NCBI GenBank assembly: GCA_045603585.1 | Contig: JAZUMK010000012.1 | Span: 5,176-69,175, forward strand | Direction: 5' to 3' | Origin: Clostridia bacterium | Lineage (GTDB): Bacteria > Bacillota > Clostridia > Christensenellales > CAG-138 | DNA: 64,000 bases | Shown here: positions 9,740 to 20,198 of the stretch, piece after piece | Numbering within the stretch: position 1 is the first letter of the stretch | Layout of the letters: every line of letters begins with the position of its first letter | Position numbers and translations under genes: made by a program | Notes under the pieces: model-generated | What the model saw: only the letters and a program-made list of their open reading frames with translations | The model's database searches: none | What the model was told of the DNA's origin: nothing

Positions 9740-10827
9740 CAATCCAGCACCCTCAGGCTTCTGTCTGCCTTGTTGAGTATCTCGGTTTCGCCCTTTTCGT
9801 TTATGCATACGATGTTCTCAATGCGCATGCCGAAGCGGCCTGCAAGATATACGCCGGGCTCAACGGAGAAGCACATGCCCTTCTCAAGGGGGCGGTGATT
9901 TATCTGGTTGATATAGGGGCCTTCGTGTACAGAATAGCCTATGCCATGGCCAACGCGGTTAACAAGGGTTTCCGCATAGCCATGCTCTGCCAGCACGTTC
10001 CTTGCGGCGATATCGATCTCGGGAATATTTACGCCTTCCTTTGCGGTCGCTTCGCCAACCAGCTGAGACTTATCCACGATTTCGTAGATTTTGCGCTGCT
10101 CATCGGTGATGCTGCCCACAAACACGGTGCGGCTCATATCAGACATCATCTCATTTACCGCGCAGCCCCAGTCCAGCACTATGCAGTCGCCTTCCTCGAT
10201 TACGCGGTCATAGCTGCTGTAATGGGGGAAGCCGGAATTGGGGCCGGAAGCTACGATGCAGAACATGCCGCTTCCGCCGCCACCCTGCTTTGTCATTTCG
10301 CTTACCATTACGTCGCGTATATCCGCCTCGGTGATTCCGGGACGAATCATGCCGCATACCACATCATATACATTATCCGCTACCTTGGCGGCCTTACGCA
10401 TATTTTCAAGCTCTTCGTGGGTCTTCCTTATGCGAACTTCCTCAAGCAAAGGCTTGCCGTTTACAAACCTGATATTGCAGTTTTCCCCAATATCCAGCAC
10501 ATTGAAAGCCTGAGCGCTGCTGTTTACGCCAACGGTGCAGCCCCAGAGGCCGTTTTCCTTCAATATGCTGTATACCTTGTCCATGCCCTCATTGTCATGC
10601 CAGGTATATACAGGACATTCGCCCTTTACCTCTGCCATTATCTCGCCGCCGTAGAGGGCATTGCAAAGGTAGAACAGGCTGCCATCCTTCTTGACAAACA
10701 GGCCCTGAAAACGCTCGCACATCATGGGAGAAAATCCCGTGAAAAACAGCAGCTCCTCAGAGGGGCATATAAGCACGGCGTCATATTCCATCATATCTGT
10801 CAGTTTCTTTATATATTCGGCTCTCAT
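9727..10827 (-). CDS. Xaa-Pro aminopeptidase (M24)
   Basis: LDWG, SDMSRT, GHGIGYSVHE, SVEPGVY, RIEN metal-binding motifs. Start taken at MRAEY; the ORF track starts at 10860. Confidence 0.88.
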   Translation of the reverse strand: MRAEYIKKLTDMMEYDAVLICPSEELLFFTGFSPMMCERFQGLFVKKDGSLFYLCNALYGGEIMAEVKGECPVYTWHDNEGMDKVYSILKENGLWGCTVGVNSSAQAFNVLDIGENCNIRFVNGKPLLEEVRIRKTHEELENMRKAAKVADNVYDVVCGMIRPGITEADIRDVMVSEMTKQGGGGSGMFCIVASGPNSGFPHYSSYDRVIEEGDCIVLDWGCAVNEMMSDMSRTVFVGSITDEQRKIYEIVDKSQLVGEATAKEGVNIPEIDIAARNVLAEHGYAETLVNRVGHGIGYSVHEGPYINQINHRPLEKGMCFSVEPGVYLAGRFGMRIENIVCINEKGETEILNKADRSLRVLDWWKK

Positions 10828-10901
10828 ATGTAATCTCTCTTTCTTATCTTTAAAAAACACATAAAGGCTGCCCCGAAGGGCAACCTTTATTATAAACCTG
10901 T

Positions 10902-12218
10902 TTATTTATCCATATTCTTAACTGCGTCCTCAGGCTCAAGGGTGAGCTCAGCGCGCTTATTGGTACGCCATACATAGAGACCAAGCGCAAGGCCGATTAC
11001 GCCGTATACCATGAAGGTACGGAAGTATTCGCCCAGTATAGCCTGACCAAATACGGCACGGCCGATTTCGGGGCTGAGGATGAACATGGAGTGGAACAGC
11101 AGAGTGCCCATTATTGCCTGGGAAACGGTGGCCTTGCTTACGGATGCGCCGCCTACCAGTATGGCCGCTACGGAGAACAGACCGATCTGGTTGTGTGCGG
11201 TGTAGGTATTCAGGGTACCGATGTTCTGCATATAAATGATCATGCCCCATGCCGCAAATACGGTGGAGATGATAGTGGCAATAATACGGGTGCGGTCAAC
11301 GTCAATACCGTTGGACTCGGCGATATGCTGATTCTGTCCGCAGGCGCGGAAATCCTGACCCAGCTTGGTGGTCATGATCCACTTATTGAAGATGGCCAGC
11401 AGCACGATGACGCCTACGGTTACCAGAGGCACCTTGCGAACCATGGTGAGCCTGCCGCCGGTGAGCATGTTGTAGAGGAATACGCCGAATATGACAGCGC
11501 TTATTGCCATATACAGAGCGAACTTGAAGTTGCTCATGCGCTCCATGCCCGCCTTCATCTTGCGGATGAACTTATTCCACAGCACATACAGCATTGCCAG
11601 GCCGGAAGCCGCTACCATAAAGGTGGCAAAGGGGATCTGGCAGATGTCATCCATTGCATACTTGATGGTATCCATGTCAACGCTCATACGAACGCCAACG
11701 TCGCCGGGCAGTATCATGGGATGACCGGGCTCAACGGGAATAACAGCGCCGATAACAAACAGCACTATGAACATGTAGACAGCATTGCCGAAATAGCCGA
11801 CTATCAGGGATGCTATCATTTCCTGACCACGGGTCTTGTTGTACAAGGTACCGGTGAGCCAGCCTACCAGAATAGCGATGGGCAGGGCAATGAGCATGCA
11901 CAGAGCAAGGCCGCCAAAGCCGCCGATGCTGAAATAGCGGACGAATATGATGGCCAGCTGACCGGAGATAGCGCCTACTACGATACCGAAGTTAAGACCC
12001 AGACCGGCGATTACCGGGATTATAAGGGACAGCACCAGGAAGGCATTGCGGTATACGCGGTTGCTAAGCTCGGTAAGGAACCAGTTGAAGGTAACGCCTT
12101 CTGCAAGGGCAAAGCCCACCAGAATGAATACCCAGAAGATAATGGTTACGATATTGTCCAGAATAAATTCCTTAAGGTCGAACTTATTCTTAATGTTTTT
12201 CTTTACCATATCAGACAT
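10902..12218 (-). CDS. CUT2-type ABC permease
   Basis: Polytopic membrane protein with AGLGLNFG and VAAILVGGAS, in an operon with an ATPase and a binding lipoprotein. Confidence 0.85.
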   Translation of the reverse strand: MSDMVKKNIKNKFDLKEFILDNIVTIIFWVFILVGFALAEGVTFNWFLTELSNRVYRNAFLVLSLIIPVIAGLGLNFGIVVGAISGQLAIIFVRYFSIGGFGGLALCMLIALPIAILVGWLTGTLYNKTRGQEMIASLIVGYFGNAVYMFIVLFVIGAVIPVEPGHPMILPGDVGVRMSVDMDTIKYAMDDICQIPFATFMVAASGLAMLYVLWNKFIRKMKAGMERMSNFKFALYMAISAVIFGVFLYNMLTGGRLTMVRKVPLVTVGVIVLLAIFNKWIMTTKLGQDFRACGQNQHIAESNGIDVDRTRIIATIISTVFAAWGMIIYMQNIGTLNTYTAHNQIGLFSVAAILVGGASVSKATVSQAIMGTLLFHSMFILSPEIGRAVFGQAILGEYFRTFMVYGVIGLALGLYVWRTNKRAELTLEPEDAVKNMDK

Positions 12219-13261
12219 TAGCGGTCTCCTTTCTTAACCTTGGTGAGGGCGTAGAGGATAACGCCGTTCTGTATAGCCTGACGCATGATATCGGAAAGGT
12301 CGGTTCCGGTAAAGATCGCGTTTGCAACAGGCACCGCTGCAGTCATCAGACCCTGGAAAATGCAGGTACCGATGAGCACGTGTACGCAGTTTGCAGTGGA
12401 AGCGGTAGCGCCGCCGATAAGAACTGCGGCAACAGCGGGGAATGCCATCATCAGGGGGCCGTTGTAAAGCTGTACATAGCCGTAGCCCTGAGCGTAAACG
12501 ATGATGCCCAGACCTGCGATAATGGTGGAAACAACGTTTGCAAGGATGCGGTTCCTGTTGATGTTAAGACCTGCCGCATCGGCAAAGCGGGGATTTACGC
12601 CGCCTGCATAGATGGCAAGGCCGGGCTTGGTCTTGAAGAAGAAGCTTACTATGAGGCAGCAGACGACCAGCAGAATCAGCATGCCGGTGGGCACGCTTAC
12701 CTTGCCGATGTTGAATGCGCCAAACTCGGAAATTATCTGAGCCGCTTCAAAGCCGTCCAGCTGAATGGTCTCACGGAGACCGCTGCCCAGCATCCAGCCC
12801 ATCTTGCGGTTGGAGAAGGGAAGTATCAGCCAGAAGATATTGAACAGCGCAACTATGGAGAAGCCGGCATAGGTGGCGATGGTCATTTCGTCGCCCTTAA
12901 CGGCATTCAGCAGCTTGCCGTATGCAAGGCCCAGCAGAGTGCACAGCACGATTGCCAGCAGCATGGAGCATATGATAAGCTTCCAGCCGGAAAGATCCAT
13001 CTGCATGCAGCATACCATTGCAAAGAGGCCGCCCTCGATGCCGATAGGCAGTGCAAAGTTGGGGCCGGTACCGGACTTGATGGAGGGAACCATTGCAAGC
13101 ACAAGCAGACCGTTCATGCCAACGCGGCGGAGAATATCCGACATCAGTATGGACATGGACTGACCCATGGCCGCTGCGGTAATCAATACCACTGCCAGCA
13201 ATGCGCCTACCGCAAAGGTGGGGATGCCGATCTTATTTATCAGTTTACCTATCTTAGCCAT
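12218..13261 (-). CDS. CUT2-type ABC permease
   Basis: SGTGPNFALP and VAAVLIGGA; stop overlaps the next start. Confidence 0.85.
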   Translation of the reverse strand: MAKIGKLINKIGIPTFAVGALLAVVLITAAAMGQSMSILMSDILRRVGMNGLLVLAMVPSIKSGTGPNFALPIGIEGGLFAMVCCMQMDLSGWKLIICSMLLAIVLCTLLGLAYGKLLNAVKGDEMTIATYAGFSIVALFNIFWLILPFSNRKMGWMLGSGLRETIQLDGFEAAQIISEFGAFNIGKVSVPTGMLILLVVCCLIVSFFFKTKPGLAIYAGGVNPRFADAAGLNINRNRILANVVSTIIAGLGIIVYAQGYGYVQLYNGPLMMAFPAVAAVLIGGATASTANCVHVLIGTCIFQGLMTAAVPVANAIFTGTDLSDIMRQAIQNGVILYALTKVKKGDR

Positions 13262-14859
13262 TAGTTCTCCCCTCCTTTACCGGATTCGCTCAGCCTGGAG
13301 CCGGACATCATGAGGCCGTATTCCTCATCGGAAGCGTCGGGAAGCAGTTCGCCTGCAACCTTGCCCTCGCAGATGATGAGCACTCTGTCGCAGATGCTGC
13401 GGAGCTCTGCAAGCTCGGAGCAGGTCATGACGATGGTCATGCCCTTTTCCTCTGCCAGCTGCTTGAGCAGGTCAAGGATAAGCTTCTTGGCGCCGATGTC
13501 AATACCGCGGGTAGGCTCGGAAACCAGAAGCAGCTCGGGGCTCTGAGTAAGGGCGCGGGCAACGCAGACCTTCTGCTGATTGCCGCCGGAAAGGCTTCCG
13601 GTGTTCTGTGCGGCAGAGGTGCAGCGGATGTCCAGTTCCTTTATCATCTTGTCCGCATGCTCGCGGATGGCCTTCTTATCGGTTACCTTGAAGGGACCGA
13701 ACTTCTTGATGGGGGCGTCTTCGTTCGGCTGAGCGGTAAAGGCTATGTTCATATCTATGGGGCTGTTGAGCAGCAGGCCAACGCCCTTGCGGTCTTCGGA
13801 TACGAATGCCAGATCTTCCTTGAGAGCAGCCTTGGTATCGTTCAGCTTAAGCTCCTGACCCTTGAAGATTACCTTGCCATCGGCAGGATACAGACCCATT
13901 ATGCCGTTAGCAATGCCCAGCTTGCCCTGGCCTGCAAGGCCGCCGATGCCGACAACTTCGCCCTTGCGAACAGTGAAATCAACACCCTTTACAACTTCGC
14001 CAGGCATATTTACGCGAAGGTTCTTTACCTCCAGCATGGGTTCATCGCCGATAACCCGCTTGGTCTCGTTGCGCTCAAGGGTAAGAGCACGTCCGACCAT
14101 CAGACGGGCGATCTCCGCTGCGGTAAGGTCCTTGGTATCCTTGGTTGCGACCCATTCGCCGTCGCGAAGAACGGTAACGCGGTCGGATACGTTTATGATC
14201 TCATCCAGACGATGGCTGATGAATACTATGCCGATGCCCTGTGCTGCGAGGCGCCTGATGGCAGCCAGCAGGTTCTCGGTTTCGCTCTCGGTAAGTACGG
14301 CGGTGGGCTCGTCAAATACAAGATAGCGAATACCGGTCTTGTCTATTTCGCGGGCGATCTCAACAAACTGCATGTGGCCTACAGGCAGGCCATGAACCAT
14401 GGTGTATTCTTCAATGTCCATACCCATGGTATCCAGTGCCTTGCGTGCATCAGCATGCATAGCGTCCATATCCATAGTTTCCAGGCGTTTGCCGAAAAGC
14501 TTGGATGCGGCGCTGGGCTTGGTGATCTCACGATTGAGCTTGATGTTTTCGGTAATGGTAAAGCCGGGAATAAGCATGAATTCCTGATGTACCATGCCGA
14601 TGCCCTTTACCATGGCATCGTGGGGAGTCATGATGTGAGCATCCTCGCCGTCTATTTCAACGGTACCTTCAAAGCCGCCGGTTTCATGAATAACAGGCAT
14701 GCCGAAGAGGATGTTCATGAGGGTGGACTTTCCGGCGCCGTTCTCGCCTATGAGGGCATGGATCTCACCGGGGCGAACATCCATATTGATGCCCTTAAGT
14801 ACCTGATTGTCACCGTAGAACTTGCCCACGTTTACAAAACGCAAAATTGATTCTGCCAA
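13261..14859 (-). CDS. CUT2-type ABC ATP-binding protein (two NBDs)
   Basis: GENGAGKST, FDEPT, LSGGNQQK, SEPTRGID. TTG start at 14859 after AAGGGG. Confidence 0.9.
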   Translation of the reverse strand: MAESILRFVNVGKFYGDNQVLKGINMDVRPGEIHALIGENGAGKSTLMNILFGMPVIHETGGFEGTVEIDGEDAHIMTPHDAMVKGIGMVHQEFMLIPGFTITENIKLNREITKPSAASKLFGKRLETMDMDAMHADARKALDTMGMDIEEYTMVHGLPVGHMQFVEIAREIDKTGIRYLVFDEPTAVLTESETENLLAAIRRLAAQGIGIVFISHRLDEIINVSDRVTVLRDGEWVATKDTKDLTAAEIARLMVGRALTLERNETKRVIGDEPMLEVKNLRVNMPGEVVKGVDFTVRKGEVVGIGGLAGQGKLGIANGIMGLYPADGKVIFKGQELKLNDTKAALKEDLAFVSEDRKGVGLLLNSPIDMNIAFTAQPNEDAPIKKFGPFKVTDKKAIREHADKMIKELDIRCTSAAQNTGSLSGGNQQKVCVARALTQSPELLLVSEPTRGIDIGAKKLILDLLKQLAEEKGMTIVMTCSELAELRSICDRVLIICEGKVAGELLPDASDEEYGLMMSGSRLSESGKGGEN

Positions 14860-15044
14860 AGCTTTAAAACCCCTTTCCGGTTCGGGTGTGGAACCTTCAG
14901 TGTAAATCAGAGCGCAAGAACACACATCCTGCGCGCTTACGCACACCGAAGGTATTAACGCTAAAAGAAACGGGGCAGCGGCGCCATTGCTCCGCCGCCC
15001 CGTATTCAGTTCTTCAATAATACCTATCAGTGATAGCTATTAAA

Positions 15045-16265
15045 TTAGTAGGTAATGTAACCCAGCTGGTATACCTGATAGTTCTCGGTAACTTCGCCGG
15101 TACCGGGATCTACGAAGGGCTCGAGGGCAGCCTCGGTGCCGCAGTAGTTGCTAAGAATAGCAGACATGATCTCGGGATCGCAATCGGGAGCCAGACCGGC
15201 CATCCACAGGAAGGCGTACTCGGTGAGGCCTACGGTGTTGGCGATGGAAGCGGGAACTGCCCAGGTGGAGAAGTGACCGGTCAGACCAGCGTCAGCAACG
15301 TACTTCATGGAAGCATCGATGGTCTCCTGAATGCCGTTTACCAGGTCAGAGGGAGTCTCAAGACCGAAGGCGCTGGGGAAGCCATGATAGGGGCTGGGGC
15401 AGCAGGGCTGTACAAAGTAAGCGCCGGCATCAAATACAGCCTCAATGAGGGGTACCTGCATGGAGCAGTTGGTGGAGAAGAAGGCGGTTTCCTTGCCGTA
15501 CTTTTCTACCATCTTGGGTACGTCCTCAAGGATGAACATCTGAGCACCGGTGGTACCAGCGTCGCTGGTGGGGTCGGGAGCGGTGGCATCTACGAACTCA
15601 ATGCCCAGCTCGGCGCACTTTTCAGCGATCTTGTCACGGCAGCCTGCCAGGGTTACCTGAGCCATGTGACGGGGGAAGCTGTAATGTACGAAGGTCTTGC
15701 AGCCCATGTCATAGGCCTGCTGAGCCATGTAAGTACCCTTACCTACTTCGTCAACGGAGATGGTGAAGTCTGCACGGGAAGTGATATCGGTGGGGTTCTC
15801 CTGGGGAGTGGCATAACCTACGAACAGGTCAGCAAGATCACGAACCTCAGCTACCTTGTCGATACCGGGGTTGGAACCGGGGCAAGCCTGGTTGATGATG
15901 ATGGCCTTAACGTCGGGATCGGTGCCGTACTTGTTGATTACGGAGATGAACTGCTCCTGCTCAGCCATGAAGTTGTCGGGCATGGTGTCGTGGATTATAC
16001 GATCACCGTACTTTTCAACCATAGCCTGGGCGGAACGATATTCTTCTTCGTTCTGGGATACGGTGTTGGTGATGATGGCAATCTTGCCTTCGGTAGCGGC
16101 TACGGCTGCGTCGATGGAGCCCTGAACATCTTCGGGATTCCAAACGAGCTCTACGGCCTCAGCAGCTTCCTCAGCGGGAGCGGCTTCTTCTACAGCAGGC
16201 TGTGCACAAGCTGCAAAGGACAGTGCCAGTGCGAGAACCAGCATCAGAGAGATGAGCTTCTTCAT
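15045..16265 (-). CDS. DUF3798-type substrate-binding lipoprotein
   Basis: Lipobox FAAC; motifs TVSQNEEEYR, FVHYSFPRHM, TAPDPTSDAG, FFSTNC, CCPSPYHG. Confidence 0.8.
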   Translation of the reverse strand: MKKLISLMLVLALALSFAACAQPAVEEAAPAEEAAEAVELVWNPEDVQGSIDAAVAATEGKIAIITNTVSQNEEEYRSAQAMVEKYGDRIIHDTMPDNFMAEQEQFISVINKYGTDPDVKAIIINQACPGSNPGIDKVAEVRDLADLFVGYATPQENPTDITSRADFTISVDEVGKGTYMAQQAYDMGCKTFVHYSFPRHMAQVTLAGCRDKIAEKCAELGIEFVDATAPDPTSDAGTTGAQMFILEDVPKMVEKYGKETAFFSTNCSMQVPLIEAVFDAGAYFVQPCCPSPYHGFPSAFGLETPSDLVNGIQETIDASMKYVADAGLTGHFSTWAVPASIANTVGLTEYAFLWMAGLAPDCDPEIMSAILSNYCGTEAALEPFVDPGTGEVTENYQVYQLGYITY

Positions 16266-16521
16266 TCTGTTTTTTCCTCCTTAAATAGTTGCGTAGGGTT
16301 ATAATTGATATATTACTTGCCTAACATATCTTACTTAGTTTAACAGCATACACTTTTCTTGTCAAATAAACTTTTCATATAGATATTATTTTTTCCATAG
16401 GAAAAAATATAGGCATACGGCGTTTAATTACTCCGTATGCCCTTCTTGCCCAACATTTGCCCGTCAATAAAAGTTCACATTCTTTTGATTTTATGTCGTG
16501 CATTTATGTCTTTTATCGCTT

Positions 16522-17043
16522 TTATATAAGTTTTTTCTCAAGGCAAACAAGGTTTACATTGGGGATGCCGCAGAATACGCAGGGAATTATACCGGCTTCC
16601 CTGTAGCCAAGCTTTTTGTACATTCTGCGGGCTCTGTGGTTTATGGCATTTGTGTCTATGCGAAGGAAGGGACAATTGTTTTTCAAGGCCATGGCCTCAT
16701 ATTCTGCCACAAACTCGCTGCCGTATCCTTTGCCGCCCTCCCCGGGAGATACCACCAGCGTATGCAGCACGAGCACCTGCTCATCCTCCGCCTGATGTTC
16801 CCACTGTACCTCTGCATATGCAGGCATCTGTTCCTTGTTTATTTTGCCTGCGGCCACAATTTTGCCCTCTTTTTCCAGAACATACATTTCTCCCGCCTCA
16901 ACTGCCTGCCGGGCGGTTTCCTCAGTGGGATAAATGCTGCGTATCCAGCCTACCTGCTTTGGACCCGCTTCTTCTTTTGTATGTATATGGTCATATATCT
17001 CTGCTATTGCGGAAATATCCTGAAGATCTGCCAAGCGGAACAT
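16522..17043 (-). CDS. GNAT family acetyltransferase
   Basis: LHTLVVSP..GKGYG, LRIDTN, YKKLGY. Confidence 0.85.
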   Translation of the reverse strand: MFRLADLQDISAIAEIYDHIHTKEEAGPKQVGWIRSIYPTEETARQAVEAGEMYVLEKEGKIVAAGKINKEQMPAYAEVQWEHQAEDEQVLVLHTLVVSPGEGGKGYGSEFVAEYEAMALKNNCPFLRIDTNAINHRARRMYKKLGYREAGIIPCVFCGIPNVNLVCLEKKLI

Positions 17044-17194
17044 AACCTTCCTCCTCTGTATACTTCTTGTGCCTATATGAATTTTACATTAACTGCCCTA
17101 TGCCTGTCACTATTTTTATATTGGTGACAACGTCACGGTTTATGTATTATCATATGTATATAATAATACCATCAAAACTCACAGGAGACCGCTT

Positions 17195-17572
17195 ATGAAA
17201 AGAATAATACCTCTGCTGCTGGCCGTTCTTGCTTTGGCCGGATGCGGACCTAAATACACCTATACCCAGATATCGATGGAGCAAGCCATTGCCATGATGG
17301 AGGAAAACACCGATTACATTCTGCTGGACGTACGCACCCATGAGGAATTTGAGGAGCTTCACATTCCCGGCGCAATATGCGTTCCCAATGAGGATATCGG
17401 CACCGACGACATTCCTCAGCTGCCGGATAAAGAGCAGCTTATTCTGGTATACTGCCGCAGCGGCAACCGCAGCAAGCAGGCCTCTGAAAAGCTGGCAGCC
17501 ATTGGTTATTCAAACGTATACGAATTTGGCGGCATAATAGACTGGCCGGGAGAAACCGTATCCGGCAGTTGA
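17195..17572 (+). CDS. Rhodanese-domain lipoprotein
   Basis: Lipobox LAGC, LLDVR, HIPGA, catalytic CRSGNRS. Confidence 0.88.
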   Translation: MKRIIPLLLAVLALAGCGPKYTYTQISMEQAIAMMEENTDYILLDVRTHEEFEELHIPGAICVPNEDIGTDDIPQLPDKEQLILVYCRSGNRSKQASEKLAAIGYSNVYEFGGIIDWPGETVSGS

Positions 17573-17608
17573 TCTACATAATAAATAATTACAACGGAGG
17601 AAATCACA

Positions 17609-17914
17609 ATGTCAGTTATTCATATCACAGAAGAAAACTTCCAGAGCGAAGTAATGGAAAGCAATGTTCCTGTCCTCATAGACTTCTGGGCAACCTGGTG
17701 CGCCCCCTGCCGCATGATAGCTCCACATCTTGAGGCCGTTGCAGAGGAACGTCCCGATGTTAAGGTGTGCAAGGTAAATATCGACGAGCATCCCGCCCTT
17801 GCCAATATGTTTCAGGTAATGAGCATCCCCCTTCTTGTGGTAATGAAGGAAGGCAAGATAGTCAACAAGTCCCTTGGCCTTATTCCCAAGGAGCGCATAC
17901 TGGAGCTGCTGTAA
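17609..17914 (+). CDS. trxA: Thioredoxin
   Basis: DFWATWCAPCR (CAPC active site), followed by a terminator hairpin at 17936-17970. Confidence 0.9.
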   Translation: MSVIHITEENFQSEVMESNVPVLIDFWATWCAPCRMIAPHLEAVAEERPDVKVCKVNIDEHPALANMFQVMSIPLLVVMKEGKIVNKSLGLIPKERILELL

Positions 17915-18058
17915 AACAAAATATGCATATATAGTGAGCGTATCAGTGAGATGTTGATACGCTCCTTTTTATTGCGTTGTATTTTATGATTTCCTATTAT
18001 ATACTGTCATTGTAATACAGCCCCCTGTATTTTCATCTCTGAGAGGATAATTCAAAAA

Positions 18059-19018
18059 ATGCGAAAAATAGCAGTATGCGTGCCCTATGTACTGGGCGTA
18101 TATGAGGATAAAATCAACTGCGCCGCCAAAGAGTACGGCTTTTGCGTTGATTACTTTGATTCTGCCCACAGCCTTGCATCAAGGATAGACGAATACGAGG
18201 TACTTTACGGAGATGTTGGCCCGGATATCATAAAAAACGCCGCCAATCTTCGCTGGGTATGCAGCCCCAATGCGGGAGTGGAAAAATACCTGCCGGATGA
18301 TGCCATGCCCAAAGGCTGCATGCTTTCCAATTCCTCCGGAGCATACGGCCCCGCCATCGCGGAGCATATCGTAATGGTGCTTCTTATGCTGATGCGCCGC
18401 ATGCCGGAGTATCAATCGGCAATGCAAAACCGCAGCTGGCCCTGCTTCTCCCCCATCCGCTCCATTTTGGGCAGCAATATACTGCTGCTGGGCACAGGGG
18501 ATATCGGCTCCAATACCGCCCGCAGGCTCAGCGCCCTGGGCGCAAAGGTAACAGGCATATGCCGCAGCGGGAAAAGCGGCGAGCCCGCTTTTGGCAAGGT
18601 GGTAAAAATTGAAGAACTGGACGGGCTTCTGCCCCATGCGGATGCCCTCATAATGTCCCTTCCCTCCACACCGGATACCATCGGCATATTGAATAAGGAG
18701 CGCATAGCAAAGCTTGGCAAACAGGCACTGGTGATAAACGTGGGCCGCGGCTCTGCGATCGATCAGGATGCGCTGGTACAGGCCCTGCAGGAACACCGAA
18801 TTGCCGGAGCCGCTCTGGACGTTATGACTCCCGAACCTCTGCCCGCCGACCATCCGCTGTGGAGCTGTCCAAACACCATAATCACACCCCACGTATCCGG
18901 CAACGATGCGCTGGAAAGCACCCGCGACGCAGACGTTTCCATGTTTCTCTCGGACCTTGCCCTCTATGCTCAGGGCAAAGCTCCCGCCCATCTGGTAAAC
19001 AGAAAAACCGGCTATTAA
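18059..19018 (+). CDS. D-2-hydroxyacid dehydrogenase family protein
   Basis: GTGDIG, NVGRG, LDVxxPEPL, TPHVSG. Confidence 0.9.
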   Translation: MRKIAVCVPYVLGVYEDKINCAAKEYGFCVDYFDSAHSLASRIDEYEVLYGDVGPDIIKNAANLRWVCSPNAGVEKYLPDDAMPKGCMLSNSSGAYGPAIAEHIVMVLLMLMRRMPEYQSAMQNRSWPCFSPIRSILGSNILLLGTGDIGSNTARRLSALGAKVTGICRSGKSGEPAFGKVVKIEELDGLLPHADALIMSLPSTPDTIGILNKERIAKLGKQALVINVGRGSAIDQDALVQALQEHRIAGAALDVMTPEPLPADHPLWSCPNTIITPHVSGNDALESTRDADVSMFLSDLALYAQGKAPAHLVNRKTGY

Positions 19019-19042
19019 AATACATATTCAGGAGGTAAAAAT

Positions 19043-19327
19043 ATGCTTATCCTTCACGTTACCTATACCGTAAAGCCCGGCATGGCAAAAGCATTCCTTG
19101 CAGAGCTGGAGCAGGATGCCGCCCCCAGGGTAAGGGCAGAAGACGGCAATTTCTGCTATGATTACTTCTACTCCTCCGCAGACGAAAACAAGATACTGCT
19201 GGTGGAAAAATGGCGCGATGAGGCCGCCCTTGCCGCCCACATGGTCATCCCCCACATGAACGACATTCGGGCGATAAAGGATAAATACGTTGACGCTACC
19301 AAGCTGGAAAAATACACAGTGGAATAA
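19043..19327 (+). CDS. Antibiotic biosynthesis monooxygenase (ABM) family protein
   Basis: VRAEDGNxxY, LVEKW, AAHM..PH. Confidence 0.8.
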   Translation: MLILHVTYTVKPGMAKAFLAELEQDAAPRVRAEDGNFCYDYFYSSADENKILLVEKWRDEAALAAHMVIPHMNDIRAIKDKYVDATKLEKYTVE

Positions 19328-19368
19328 AGCATAACCGGCATATATTCCGGGCATTTTGCGCCGTTAAA

Positions 19369-19436
19369 ACCGATAAGACACAATAAACTACCGATAAGGC
19401 AAAAAACAGCTTTTCTCTGTTTTTATCTGCTATGAT
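19369..19436 (+). promoter_or_regulatory. LytTR-type direct repeat and extended -10 element
   Basis: ACCGATAAG at 19369-19377 and again at 19390-19398 (12-bp spacer). TG-c-TATGAT at 19428-19436. Confidence 0.75.
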
Positions 19437-19469
19437 GATATCGGCAAATAAAAACGGAGGACGGTATAA

Positions 19470-20198
19470 ATGCAGGCGATCAAAACAATGGAGCTTGTCA
19501 AGCAGTACAAGGATATAACTGCTGTTGACAGGCTCCTTTTGGAAATTGAACAGGGCGAGCTGTTTTCCCTGCTGGGCGTTAACGGCGCAGGGAAAACCAC
19601 AACCATAAAAATGCTTTCCTGCCTTACAAAACCCACAGCCGGAGATGCAATCGTAGGCGGATACAGCATTATAAATGAACCGGAGCAGGTAAAACGGCTT
19701 ATAGGCGTATCTCCTCAGGAGACCGCCGTTGCGCCCAATCTTTCCGTAAAGGAAAACCTGGAGCTTATCTGTGGCATCCATGGGTTTTCCAAAGAAAAAA
19801 CCCAGGCAAAAATCAGCGAGCTTGATAGTCAATTTGCTCTGAATACCGTTCTGCACAGAAAAGCCGGAAAATTATCCGGCGGCTGGCAGCGCCGCGTCAG
19901 CATTGCCATGGCGCTGATCAGCGAGCCACAGATTTTGTTTCTGGATGAGCCCACCCTCGGGCTGGATGTCATTGCAAGACATGACCTGTGGGATACCATC
20001 CGCTCCTTAAAAGGCAAAATAACCATTATTCTTACCACCCATTACATGGAAGAAGCCGAGGCCCTTTCCGACCGTATCGGCATTATGAAAGACGGTCGGC
20101 TTCTTGCGGCGGGAACCGTGGAAGAGCTGAAGGACATGGCCGACACAGGGGACTTTGAAGCTGCGTTCCTGGCCATTGTAAAGGAGAGCATGGTATGA
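19470..20198 (+). CDS. ABC-2 exporter ATP-binding protein
   Basis: GVNGAGKTT, LSGGWQRR, LDEPT, TTHYMEEAE. Confidence 0.92.
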   Translation: MQAIKTMELVKQYKDITAVDRLLLEIEQGELFSLLGVNGAGKTTTIKMLSCLTKPTAGDAIVGGYSIINEPEQVKRLIGVSPQETAVAPNLSVKENLELICGIHGFSKEKTQAKISELDSQFALNTVLHRKAGKLSGGWQRRVSIAMALISEPQILFLDEPTLGLDVIARHDLWDTIRSLKGKITIILTTHYMEEAEALSDRIGIMKDGRLLAAGTVEELKDMADTGDFEAAFLAIVKESMV

